Shown here: positions 8,297 to 16,291 of the stretch, piece by piece
How the letters are laid out: the number at the start of each line of letters is the position of its first letter
How positions within the stretch are numbered: position 1 is the stretch's first letter
Origin: Fibrobacterota bacterium
GTDB taxonomy: Bacteria; Fibrobacterota; Fibrobacteria; UBA11236
Assembly: GCA_043753995.1 (NCBI GenBank)
Contig: JAYUVP010000269.1
Coordinates: 1 to 18,570, forward strand
DNA: 18,570 nucleotides
Reading direction: 5' to 3'
The notes under the pieces: model-generated
Database searches by the model: none
Seen by the model: the letters and a program-made list of their open reading frames with translations, nothing else
Told to the model about the DNA's origin: nothing
Translations under genes and position numbers: made by a program

Positions 8297-10240
8297 TCAA
8301 ACCTTGGCAGAAACCTCTATTTTAAATCTTTCCAACAATTCTTCAAAGGTAAATGCTCCTTGGTCCCCTACTTTCCGTTTTCTTAGGGAAAGCTTGCCAC
8401 TTTGCAATTCTTTTTCGCCAAGGATGACCAAATACGGGACTTTGTCCTTTTCGCCTTCTCGAATCTTGTACCCGATTTTCTCATTTCGGGTGTCCAGGTC
8501 GGCATGAAAGCCGGCTGCCAGGAACTGATCCTGTAGCTTTTTGCCGTCTTCGAGGAACTTCTCAGAGACCGGTAAAACGCGCACTTGCTGGGGATTAATC
8601 CAAAACGGCAATTCCCCACCGAAATGTTCGATGAGAATGCCGATAAACCGCTCTAATGAGCCTAAAACAGCACGATGCAGCATCACCGGAGCATGTCGAG
8701 CCGAGTCGGATCCGACATATTCTGCACCCAAAAAGCCGGGCAAATTGAAATCGACTTGAATGGTGCCGCATTGCCAATGACGGCCCAAAGAGTCGCGCAA
8801 AGTGAATTCCAGCTTGGGGCCATAAAAGGCGCCTTCGCCCGGATTGTAGTCGAATGGCAAATTGGCAGCATTGCAAGCATCGGCTAAGGCTTTTTCGGCC
8901 ATATCCCAACCCGCATCCGAGCCTTCACGCTTTTCCGGACGGGTGCTGAGCTTGATCAAAACATCTTTGAAACCGAAATCGGCATACATTTCGTAAAGCA
9001 AGGCGCAGAAATCGGCGACTTCGCCGGCCACCTGCTCTTCGGTGCAGAAAATATGGGCGTCATCCTGGGTGAAGCCTCGCACGCGCATGAGGCCGTGCAT
9101 GGTCCCGGCCAATTCATTGCGATGGCATTTGCCGAATTCGGCAATGCGTAATGGCAAGTCGCGGAAGCTCTTCATTCCCTGCTTATACACCTCGACATGG
9201 CAAGGGCAATTCATGGGCTTGATGATGTATTTGCGCGTTTCACTCTCGGTGAAAAACATGTTCTGGCTGTAATTGGTGACATGGCCCGACTTGGTATAAA
9301 GGCCGATATCCACCACTTCCGGTGTGCGCACTTCCTGATAGCCGCGACGAATCAGCTTCTTGCGTACATATTCCATCAAGGTGTAATACAAACGCCAACC
9401 GCGCTCATGCCAGAAAACCATGCCCGGTGATTCGTCGTCGATGTGGTAATAATCGAGCTCGCGGCCCAAGCGGCGGTGATCGCGCTTTTTCGCTTCTTCG
9501 AGTTGGAAAAGATGGGCGTCGAGATCGGCCTTATTTAAAAATGCCGTCGCATAAATGCGCTGCAACATGGCCCGCTTTTCGTCGCCGCGCCAATAGGCCC
9601 CGGCTACAGTGAGCAGCTTAAAGAAAAGGAGTTTTCCGGTCGAAGGCACATGAGGCCCGCGACATAAATCGGAGAAGGCGCCATGGGTGTAAAAGGACAC
9701 CGAGGCATCGCTCCACTCTTCCATCATCTCGACTTTATAGGGCTCGTTATGATCGGCCTGCTTGAAATAAGCGATGGCCTCGGTGCGGGGCATTTCACTG
9801 CGCACCACGGGTAAATCGCGGGCGGCGATTTCGGCCATGCGGGCTTCTATGGCGGCAAAGTCGTCAGGACTGAATTTGTGCTGAGTGTCAAAGTCGTAGT
9901 AAAAGCCGTTTTCAATGACAGGACCAATGGTGAGTTGGGTCCCTGGAAAAAGCTCGGTGATGGCCATGGCCATGAGATGGGCCGTGCTATGGCGGACAAT
10001 GTCGAGGGCACGGGGATCTTTGGCAGTGATGACCTTGAGCCCGCCACTACGGGGCACGGGTCGGCTGAGATCGAGGACTTCGCCTTCAAACTCGACGGCA
10101 TAGGCGGCCTTTAAAAGGCCAGCGCCGATGCGCAGGATGACATCACGAAAGGTTTGGCCGGGCTCGACTTCGAGCACGGCGCCATCAGGTAGGGTGATTT
10201 GCAGATTAGCCACGGAGAGCCAAAATAGCCTGCCTGACAA
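8297..10240 (-). CDS. thrS: Threonine--tRNA ligase
   Basis: TGS domain (ITLPDG), RHSTAHL, GFYYD, DLCRGPH, KKRDHRRLG, KPMNCP, GLMRVRGFTQDDAH, GAFYGPK and HRAVLGSLERF. Start uncertain: TTG at 10240 or GTG at 10213. Confidence 0.98.
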   Translation of the reverse strand: MSGRLFWLSVANLQITLPDGAVLEVEPGQTFRDVILRIGAGLLKAAYAVEFEGEVLDLSRPVPRSGGLKVITAKDPRALDIVRHSTAHLMAMAITELFPGTQLTIGPVIENGFYYDFDTQHKFSPDDFAAIEARMAEIAARDLPVVRSEMPRTEAIAYFKQADHNEPYKVEMMEEWSDASVSFYTHGAFSDLCRGPHVPSTGKLLFFKLLTVAGAYWRGDEKRAMLQRIYATAFLNKADLDAHLFQLEEAKKRDHRRLGRELDYYHIDDESPGMVFWHERGWRLYYTLMEYVRKKLIRRGYQEVRTPEVVDIGLYTKSGHVTNYSQNMFFTESETRKYIIKPMNCPCHVEVYKQGMKSFRDLPLRIAEFGKCHRNELAGTMHGLMRVRGFTQDDAHIFCTEEQVAGEVADFCALLYEMYADFGFKDVLIKLSTRPEKREGSDAGWDMAEKALADACNAANLPFDYNPGEGAFYGPKLEFTLRDSLGRHWQCGTIQVDFNLPGFLGAEYVGSDSARHAPVMLHRAVLGSLERFIGILIEHFGGELPFWINPQQVRVLPVSEKFLEDGKKLQDQFLAAGFHADLDTRNEKIGYKIREGEKDKVPYLVILGEKELQSGKLSLRKRKVGDQGAFTFEELLERFKIEVSAKV

Positions 10241-10310
10241 GCCCCTCCAATGGTTTCCTAATCAAAGGATGCCGATGGACCTCTGGCTGCCTCTAATTAT
10301 CTTGGCCTGA

Positions 10311-11489
10311 ATGCCTCGTAAATCATCATCGCCAAGCCCCGAAAAGCCCTTCACCTTCGCCAGGGAAATGCCTGAAGACCAGGTTTTACGTATGGCCAGG
10401 GCTGGCATTCAAGCCCTGAAGCCCTATGTGCCTGGCCGCTCCATCGAAGAAGTGCGCGAGAAATACGGCCTGAAGGAAATCGTCAAGCTGGGCTCCAATG
10501 AAAATCCCCTGGGGGCCAATCCCAAGGTGCTCAAGGCCCTCACGAAAATGCTGCCCAAGGTTCATCTCTACCCCGACGGCAGTAGCCGGGACCTGCGCCA
10601 AGCCCTTGCGACCCTCTATGGCGTCAGCGCTGACATGGTCATGGTGGGCAATGGTTCCGATGAAATCTTGCTTAACCTCGCCTTAGCGTTTGTGAATCCC
10701 GGCGAAGCTGTGCTTGTTTCCGAGCACACCTTCTCGGAGTATGAATTCTCGGGTCGCGTGGCCGACGGCAATGTCGTGAAAATCGCCATGCGTGATTTAC
10801 GCTATGATCTTGAAGCCTTTCGCGGGGCTTTGGCGTTAAGGCCGAAGCTGGTTTATCTCTGCAATCCGAATAATCCCACTGGCACCTGGTTCACACATCG
10901 AGAACTGGAACTATTGCTGCGCGAGGCATCTCCCGAAACCTTGATTGTGGTCGACGAGGCCTATGCAGAATTCGCCGACGGAGAAAAGGCCACCGACTTT
11001 CCCCGCAGCCTGGAATTGCTACAGCGCTATCCCAATCTCGTGATATCACGGACCCTGAGCAAGCTTTACGGCTTAGCCGGTTTGCGGCTGGGCTATGGCA
11101 TCGCCCACCCCCGGGTGATACGCGAATGCCAGCGTGTGAAAACACCGTTCAATGTGAATTTGGCCATACAGACCGCGGCCTTGGTGGCCATCAACGATCG
11201 GGCTTTCGTCAAAAAATCTCTGGCCGTGAATCTCAAGGGACGCGCGCTCTTGCAATCCAAGATCCAAGCTCTTGGATTACGGGTTTTACCCAGTCAGGGA
11301 AATTTCGTGTGCTTTCAGGTGCCGCGCCCGGCTCTCGACCTTTGCGAAGACATGATGCGCCTCGGGGTGATTGTTCGAGCGCTGCGTAGTTTCGGCCTCG
11401 AGGATTGGTGTCGAGTCACCGTGGGTACGGCGGATCAGAACCGCAAATTCCTCTCGGCATTGAAGGTTGCGCTGGCGCCGAAGGCCTAG
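10311..11489 (+). CDS. hisC: Histidinol-phosphate aminotransferase (class II PLP enzyme)
   Basis: Motifs LKPYVPG, VKLGSNENPLG, YPD, GNGSDE, CNPNNPTG, VDEAY, RTLSKLYGLAGLRLGY (PLP lysine) and RVTVGT. The true start may be a later ATG (10368 or 10392). Confidence 0.92.
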   Translation: MPRKSSSPSPEKPFTFAREMPEDQVLRMARAGIQALKPYVPGRSIEEVREKYGLKEIVKLGSNENPLGANPKVLKALTKMLPKVHLYPDGSSRDLRQALATLYGVSADMVMVGNGSDEILLNLALAFVNPGEAVLVSEHTFSEYEFSGRVADGNVVKIAMRDLRYDLEAFRGALALRPKLVYLCNPNNPTGTWFTHRELELLLREASPETLIVVDEAYAEFADGEKATDFPRSLELLQRYPNLVISRTLSKLYGLAGLRLGYGIAHPRVIRECQRVKTPFNVNLAIQTAALVAINDRAFVKKSLAVNLKGRALLQSKIQALGLRVLPSQGNFVCFQVPRPALDLCEDMMRLGVIVRALRSFGLEDWCRVTVGTADQNRKFLSALKVALAPKA

Positions 11490-11692
11490 TTTAGAGACGT
11501 CCCTTTGAAATAACACCGATTCGCCCTGTTGGGCCTACCGGGCAGGCCTATTGTGCGTCCTTCGATCGGAAAGAAATGGACATCACAAATCTCAAATCCT
11601 TTCTCACGCCGAGATAGTTAATTGGCATTAGTTTGCTTCTAAAACCACATAAAGAGTTTGGTTGGGTGAATAGTCCCACGCAATAGGAAATC

Positions 11693-12694
11693 ATGATCAA
11701 ATCCTGCAAATTCATCGGCTTGATGCTTTTAGGCCTGAACACCTGGGTGATGGCCCAAATTGCTTTGCCCACCCCGGATGCACAAGGCTGGATCAAATTG
11801 TTTCGTGGCGACAATGTTTCCGACTTCTATACCTTCTATTCTGGTGCCATTCCCAGCGCACGAAGAACCGGCAATAACTTTCCCGACAACACTTTCAAAA
11901 TTAAAGGGGATACGGTTCAAGTCAGCGGCTCCCCTACTGGCCACATGATTTTCAAACAGTCCTTTTCCCATTATCGTATTCGGTATCAAGTACGCTTCCC
12001 CGGCAGCCTGGGTAATTGCGGCATGCTAATCCACATCCAGGAAAACGACACGACCTTGTGGGGGAATTTCCCCCGCTCGATTGAAAGTCAGGGTGACCCG
12101 ACCCAAGGCATGGGGCAAATTTGGGCCATCGGCCGAGTTTGGGTGACCGTGAAAGCAACGGGAAATAATCCTCCGCAATACAATCCCACCGCCTCCGAAA
12201 TCGACTGGGGCGCCAAAGACGACAATAGTCGCTTGATTTATACCACGGCAGGCAGCGCGCAACCGAAACCGGCCGAACTTACCAATGGAGGCTGGGTCAC
12301 CCAAGAAGCCGATGTGCATGGCGGGGACAGCCTATCGCATATAGTCATGGGACAAACCTTGATTCGCTATCGCCGTCCACGCGTCGCGCCTCGCAACAAC
12401 CCAAATACCGTGGAAAAGCTGCTGACGTCGGGCTTGCTTGCCTGGCAAAGCGAAGGAACCGCCGTCTGGTATCGCAATATTGAAATTATGCTCTACCCAG
12501 ATGATCCCATGTACAAGACGACCTATGTCGAATTTCACCGCCGTCAAACCATTCATCCTCGCGGCTCTCATTCTGTTCTTTTCGCTCAGAATGGTGTTCT
12601 AACCTTCCATGAAGACGGAAAACCATGGTCTCGTTTCGATATTCGAGGTCATCGTTTCATTTCCTCTTTACCGTCCATCAGGCCCAACCTTTAA
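11693..12694 (+). CDS. Secreted DUF1080 (3-keto-disaccharide hydrolase-like) protein, paralog 1
   Basis: Sec-type signal peptide (MIKSCKFIGLMLLGLNTWVMA-Q). DUF1080-type motifs GWIKLF, YRIRYQVRF, GNCG, FPRSIESQ and G-x-L-A-W-Q-S-E-G-x-x-V-W-Y-R-N-I-E-I. Basic C-terminal tail. AGGA upstream of the start. Confidence 0.75.
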   Translation: MIKSCKFIGLMLLGLNTWVMAQIALPTPDAQGWIKLFRGDNVSDFYTFYSGAIPSARRTGNNFPDNTFKIKGDTVQVSGSPTGHMIFKQSFSHYRIRYQVRFPGSLGNCGMLIHIQENDTTLWGNFPRSIESQGDPTQGMGQIWAIGRVWVTVKATGNNPPQYNPTASEIDWGAKDDNSRLIYTTAGSAQPKPAELTNGGWVTQEADVHGGDSLSHIVMGQTLIRYRRPRVAPRNNPNTVEKLLTSGLLAWQSEGTAVWYRNIEIMLYPDDPMYKTTYVEFHRRQTIHPRGSHSVLFAQNGVLTFHEDGKPWSRFDIRGHRFISSLPSIRPNL

Positions 12695-12717
12695 CCGGGA
12701 AGGCTTTCGGAGTCATC

Positions 12718-13713
12718 ATGAAGCTCAATATTATCGCTTGTCTCACCTTATCAACCTTGGGTGTCCCTTTCGCCCAAACGGTCAAATTGCCCACCCCCGA
12801 CTCCCTGGGATGGATGAAGTTGTTTCGCGGCAATAATGCCTCCGACTTTTATATCGCCAATAACGGCAATACTGCGCCGGCTCAGGCCCAGACGACTTTT
12901 CCCAATAGCACTTTCGCGATTCGCGGCGATACCATTACCGTGACCGGAAATCCGGCCGGACAGGTCTATTACAAGATTCCTTTTTCGCATTATCGCGTGC
13001 GTTATCAGATGCGCTTCCCCGGCAATACGGGCAATTGCGGCATGCTGGTGCATGTTCAAGCCAATGACGCCCCCACTCAGGGCTTTCCCAGGTCGGTGGA
13101 GTCGCAAGGCGATCCCGGCCAAGGCATGGGGCAACTCTGGCCGATTGGCGATGTCTGGGTCACCATTCGCGCCAAAACCGTGGGTGGACGCATGCAGTAT
13201 TCACCTAATGATCCCGAAGTCAATTATGGCGGCGCTAATTGGAATAGCCGTGTCGTAGTGGGCGTCAATGGTTGGGGTCAACCTAGCTATAGTGGTCTCG
13301 CCAATGCCAATGGCGGCTGGGTGACGCAGGAAGTACGCGCCTATGGCTCCGACAGTGTGGTGCATTTGGTGAATGATACCGTGCGCATCAAATATCGCGA
13401 ACCGCGTGTTTCCTCAGGGGGCACTGCAAACAACGTTTCGAAATATCTCAAAAAGGGTTTGATAGGTTGGCAATCCGAAGGGTCGAATGTCTGGTATCGC
13501 AACTTGCAAATCATGCTTTTGCCAGGCGACTCGCTTTATGCGGCGACTTATTTGAAATCGAATCGCGGTAAGTCGATGGGACACAAGCCCGGGCGAAAAT
13601 TGACCTTGGCTTCGGATGGCATCGTGATTTTCAAGGACGGTGAAGGTGCGAGTGGAGTGGATATCCGTGGGAAGAGGAAAGACTTACCCGCGCGCGTCTT
13701 TTCTTTGCGATAA
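12718..13713 (+). CDS. Secreted DUF1080-like protein, paralog 2
   Basis: Likely start is ATG 12718 (GGAG upstream, no overlap with paralog 1, gives signal peptide MKLNIIACLTLSTLGVPFA-Q) rather than 12625. Shares motifs with paralog 1: GWMKLF, GNCG, FPRSVESQGDP, GWQSEGSNVWYRNLQI. Confidence 0.75.
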   Translation: MKLNIIACLTLSTLGVPFAQTVKLPTPDSLGWMKLFRGNNASDFYIANNGNTAPAQAQTTFPNSTFAIRGDTITVTGNPAGQVYYKIPFSHYRVRYQMRFPGNTGNCGMLVHVQANDAPTQGFPRSVESQGDPGQGMGQLWPIGDVWVTIRAKTVGGRMQYSPNDPEVNYGGANWNSRVVVGVNGWGQPSYSGLANANGGWVTQEVRAYGSDSVVHLVNDTVRIKYREPRVSSGGTANNVSKYLKKGLIGWQSEGSNVWYRNLQIMLLPGDSLYAATYLKSNRGKSMGHKPGRKLTLASDGIVIFKDGEGASGVDIRGKRKDLPARVFSLR

Positions 13714-13747
13714 AGCAGCGCAGTCTAATGGATTAGGATTGAAAAGC

Positions 13748-13780
13748 AAAACCCTCCACCGTCGCCGGGGAGGGTTTTTT
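13748..13780. terminator. Intrinsic terminator between convergent genes, probably bidirectional
   Basis: AAAACCCTCC (13748-13757) pairs with GGAGGGTTTT (13769-13778), with an inner CCG/CGG extension, T6 on the plus strand and A-tracts on the other side. Confidence 0.85.
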
Positions 13781-14318
13781 ATTTAATACTACACGAACCC
13801 GAAGCCGTTTTGTTTTTGTAATCCTTTGTAAGTAGGCACCTGGCATCCTTGTTGTCTGGAAGTTTTTGCAATAAAACCACGGGGCGATTTGGTCGCATTG
13901 AGATGCCCTTCTTATCCAAATAGTCACATCGTAAACAAATAGTTTCTGCATTTCCAAAATCGTCTTTTCGATCACGTGAATATTCCGAAACCAATTCGTG
14001 AACACCCTGTTTCGAAACCGCCCAGTCTTCCAGAATCTCATCCGAAAAAACGGGGCTTAATGAGTCAGAGGGATAACCCAGGGTGATACCGATGTTAATC
14101 AAAGACAGGGTGTCATCGGATAGTTTTCCGTAAATTGCCGACGAATCCAGAAACTTGGTGCTTGCGGATATTTTGTAGGGACAAGAAATAGTATTGACAG
14201 AAATAATTTTATCAGAACTTTCTGCACAGTTAGAAGCACTCAAAATTATTGCCGGAAGAACTAACACTCTAACTTTCTGTTTTCCATGTAAACGTTTTAT
14301 CAAATTGAAGGCATTCAT
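13779..14318 (-). CDS. Putative immunity lipoprotein, STY0301/Tai2-like (179 aa)
   Basis: ATG at 14318 overlaps the upstream stop (ATGA). Basic n-region, hydrophobic stretch and LSASN-C31 suggest a lipoprotein signal. Pattern CP..I / G.P / L.C.Y / LP...C / terminal C resembles STY0301-family proteins as I recall them. AT-rich. Confidence 0.65.
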   Translation of the reverse strand: MNAFNLIKRLHGKQKVRVLVLPAIILSASNCAESSDKIISVNTISCPYKISASTKFLDSSAIYGKLSDDTLSLINIGITLGYPSDSLSPVFSDEILEDWAVSKQGVHELVSEYSRDRKDDFGNAETICLRCDYLDKKGISMRPNRPVVLLQKLPDNKDARCLLTKDYKNKTASGSCSIK

Positions 14319-16291
14319 ACTAATACCACGTAATATTCCTCGCCATCCTCCACCCATTTGACCCTATGAGTATGCGAATCACCGTCGACGTCCGTCCACT
14401 CTTTAGTTGCCTTTTTGGATTCTTCGTCAGCATTTGCCGAGTACTTTTTGATTCTTTCCTGGACACTTGCCCCCAAATACTGATCCATCATTGTCACCCC
14501 AGAAGATTTCGATTGGTCGGCCAGGTAAGTTGCGTAATCATCGTGCTTTATGTAAATCCCAGCATGAGATCGACCCGTTGAATCGCTATGATAAACGCCA
14601 TCGCGCATGGTTGCTATGACGGTTCCGTCCCTTAACTCACTAGCCTTCATATCACAAACCCGCGGCCCCTTCCTCCAGCTTGCGGTCTGAGGAATATCGA
14701 AATGCCGAACTAATGAAACACAATGGTTTCGGCTAGATTCCTCTAGACCATCCAAAATTTTGCTGGGGTTGACTTCAATTTTTTTGTCTTGGTATTGCCT
14801 GAAGTTCTGTATCACGTACCCATGGCCTTCAAATCCTGGGAAAGTAACCAGTTCGAAACTTGAGGATGACTCTTTCACGATTTCTTTCGGAATATTTGGC
14901 GCGACTGACGCCGTCTCCTTCTTCATCAAGTCATCATAAAACTTGCACCCAAAACCCTTGACCGTCCGCTCACCCGGCTTTTTGCATTCCTTTTCACATG
15001 GCCCGGTGCTGGTGCCGCAGGGGAAATCTACCGGATAGTTAAAGCTTTCTGAAAGTATCAAAAAGGTTGCCCGCCGATTTTCGGCGCGTAATTCGTTGCC
15101 TGCTATGTACCGATTGAAGGACCGGCAGCCCACATAGGGATTTCCTGCTACCGAGCGAATATGTCGATTGTGAATTTCAACTTTCCGTTTTTCTCCGGTG
15201 ATATAAAGTCGAAAGAGTTCATTCAGGTTATTGCCTTGGGTGAACTCCAAATTCGGGTTCAGGCTTTTACCTTCGGTCTCGTTGACATGGACAATGAAGT
15301 CACGAATAGCCTTGCTCGTTTTCGGTCCGGAAACCCCGTCAACCTTGCCATTGTAAAAACCCATGCCGTGGAGCATGCTTTGTTGTTCCCAAACTCCCCA
15401 GCGCTCGGCTTGGGCGATGCGACCCCACATATAATAGTCGCCTATCAAAAAGGCAAAGGCGGCTTGGGCGCGCCGCGAGCTCAGGTTGCCGGGATCTTCT
15501 TCATCCCGCTCGACATGACCGAAAATCACAAAATGGGCGGAATCATTCTCCTTCCACCAAGTCTTGAGAGTGCTCTCGAATTCTTTAAAAACCTTCAGGT
15601 ATTGCGGGGCGATGAAACTTTTGTTTTGCGCAAAGTGAATGCCCGAAACCAAAGTATGCTTGAATTGGATTTCAGCGGTCTCGGTCACCTCGCGTTCGGT
15701 GCCTTCGCCATTAGACCAATTGGCGGTGCAATGTTTGGCCTTTAAAGCAAAAATCGCCTTGATTGGCTCTCCGGATGGCACAACCGCACTGGCTTTGGGT
15801 ATGCACACCTTAACCACGGCCCGCCCTGAGGCATCTGCATTCGTTTTGGTTTTAGAATTGGCCACGGGTTTGAACCGTCCTTTTTCTTTGACCAGCAATT
15901 CGAATTCGACGAGAGTCCGAAACTTTTCGGATTCAGGTACGTCGAATTCTGCGAAGACCTCAGGGTTGCTTTGAAATTGGGTTTTCTCGGCCACCCATCC
16001 CACCTTTTTGAGTTTGGCCTTGGGTTTATTTTCAATGGGGTCGGGTACCGGCTCTGGATTATGCTCACCTAACCCTACGGTGGCTTCGTCCCAATCTTTT
16101 TCAGCGGCTTTTTGTTTGGCTTGTTCCGCGCTACGTGAGGTGCCAGATCCTGAACGGCCTCCACCGCCTCCCAGGCCGGGGGCTGGTTTCGGTTGCGGTG
16201 TCGAAGTGGCATCGCTTGGCGCTTGAGGCTGGCCGAACTGAGCCGCTTGCCTTAACAAGTCCATACCCGGTAAATTGAAAAGTTCGCTCAT
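14315..16291 (-). CDS. Multidomain putative peptidoglycan-amidase effector (OmpA-like + PG-binding + BPSL0067/Tae2-like tip)
   Basis: OmpA-like motifs IHFAQNKSFI, IFGHVE, LSSRRA, NRRATF. PG_binding_1-like QSMLHGMGFYNGKVDGVSGPKTSKAIRDF. C-terminal HCVSLVRH...TASWRKG..V...GTVIAT.RDG.Y...HAGIY...GVTMMDQY...DGEEYYVV with Cys524 and His576. No signal peptide. Confidence 0.72.
   Translation of the reverse strand: MSELFNLPGMDLLRQAAQFGQPQAPSDATSTPQPKPAPGLGGGGGRSGSGTSRSAEQAKQKAAEKDWDEATVGLGEHNPEPVPDPIENKPKAKLKKVGWVAEKTQFQSNPEVFAEFDVPESEKFRTLVEFELLVKEKGRFKPVANSKTKTNADASGRAVVKVCIPKASAVVPSGEPIKAIFALKAKHCTANWSNGEGTEREVTETAEIQFKHTLVSGIHFAQNKSFIAPQYLKVFKEFESTLKTWWKENDSAHFVIFGHVERDEEDPGNLSSRRAQAAFAFLIGDYYMWGRIAQAERWGVWEQQSMLHGMGFYNGKVDGVSGPKTSKAIRDFIVHVNETEGKSLNPNLEFTQGNNLNELFRLYITGEKRKVEIHNRHIRSVAGNPYVGCRSFNRYIAGNELRAENRRATFLILSESFNYPVDFPCGTSTGPCEKECKKPGERTVKGFGCKFYDDLMKKETASVAPNIPKEIVKESSSSFELVTFPGFEGHGYVIQNFRQYQDKKIEVNPSKILDGLEESSRNHCVSLVRHFDIPQTASWRKGPRVCDMKASELRDGTVIATMRDGVYHSDSTGRSHAGIYIKHDDYATYLADQSKSSGVTMMDQYLGASVQERIKKYSANADEESKKATKEWTDVDGDSHTHRVKWVEDGEEYYVVLV

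Noticed and set aside
396..11516. Many short alternative-frame and antisense ORFs over the housekeeping genes (e.g. 1281-1841, 1890-2414, 5500-6066, 7673-8152)
   Set aside because: They overlap well-supported genes, show no recognisable motifs, and are expected shadow ORFs in GC-rich coding DNA.
11532..11548. GGCCT-N7-AGGCC hairpin after hisC as a terminator
   Set aside because: Short stem and no U-tract.
11623..11637. Sigma-54-like TGGCATTAGTTTGCT upstream of DUF1080 paralog 1
   Set aside because: Only 9 nt separate GG and GC; sigma-54 promoters need 10.
11548..11814. 88-aa minus-strand ORF
   Set aside because: Overlaps the start of the DUF1080 gene on the opposite strand and has no recognisable features.
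12625..12717. Extended N-terminus of paralog 2 in the ORF track
   Set aside because: Overlaps paralog 1 and hides the signal peptide; ATG 12718 has an RBS.
14319..14357. Extended N-terminus of the immunity gene in the ORF track
   Set aside because: Lies within the toxin's coding end; the ATGA-coupled start at 14318 is more plausible.
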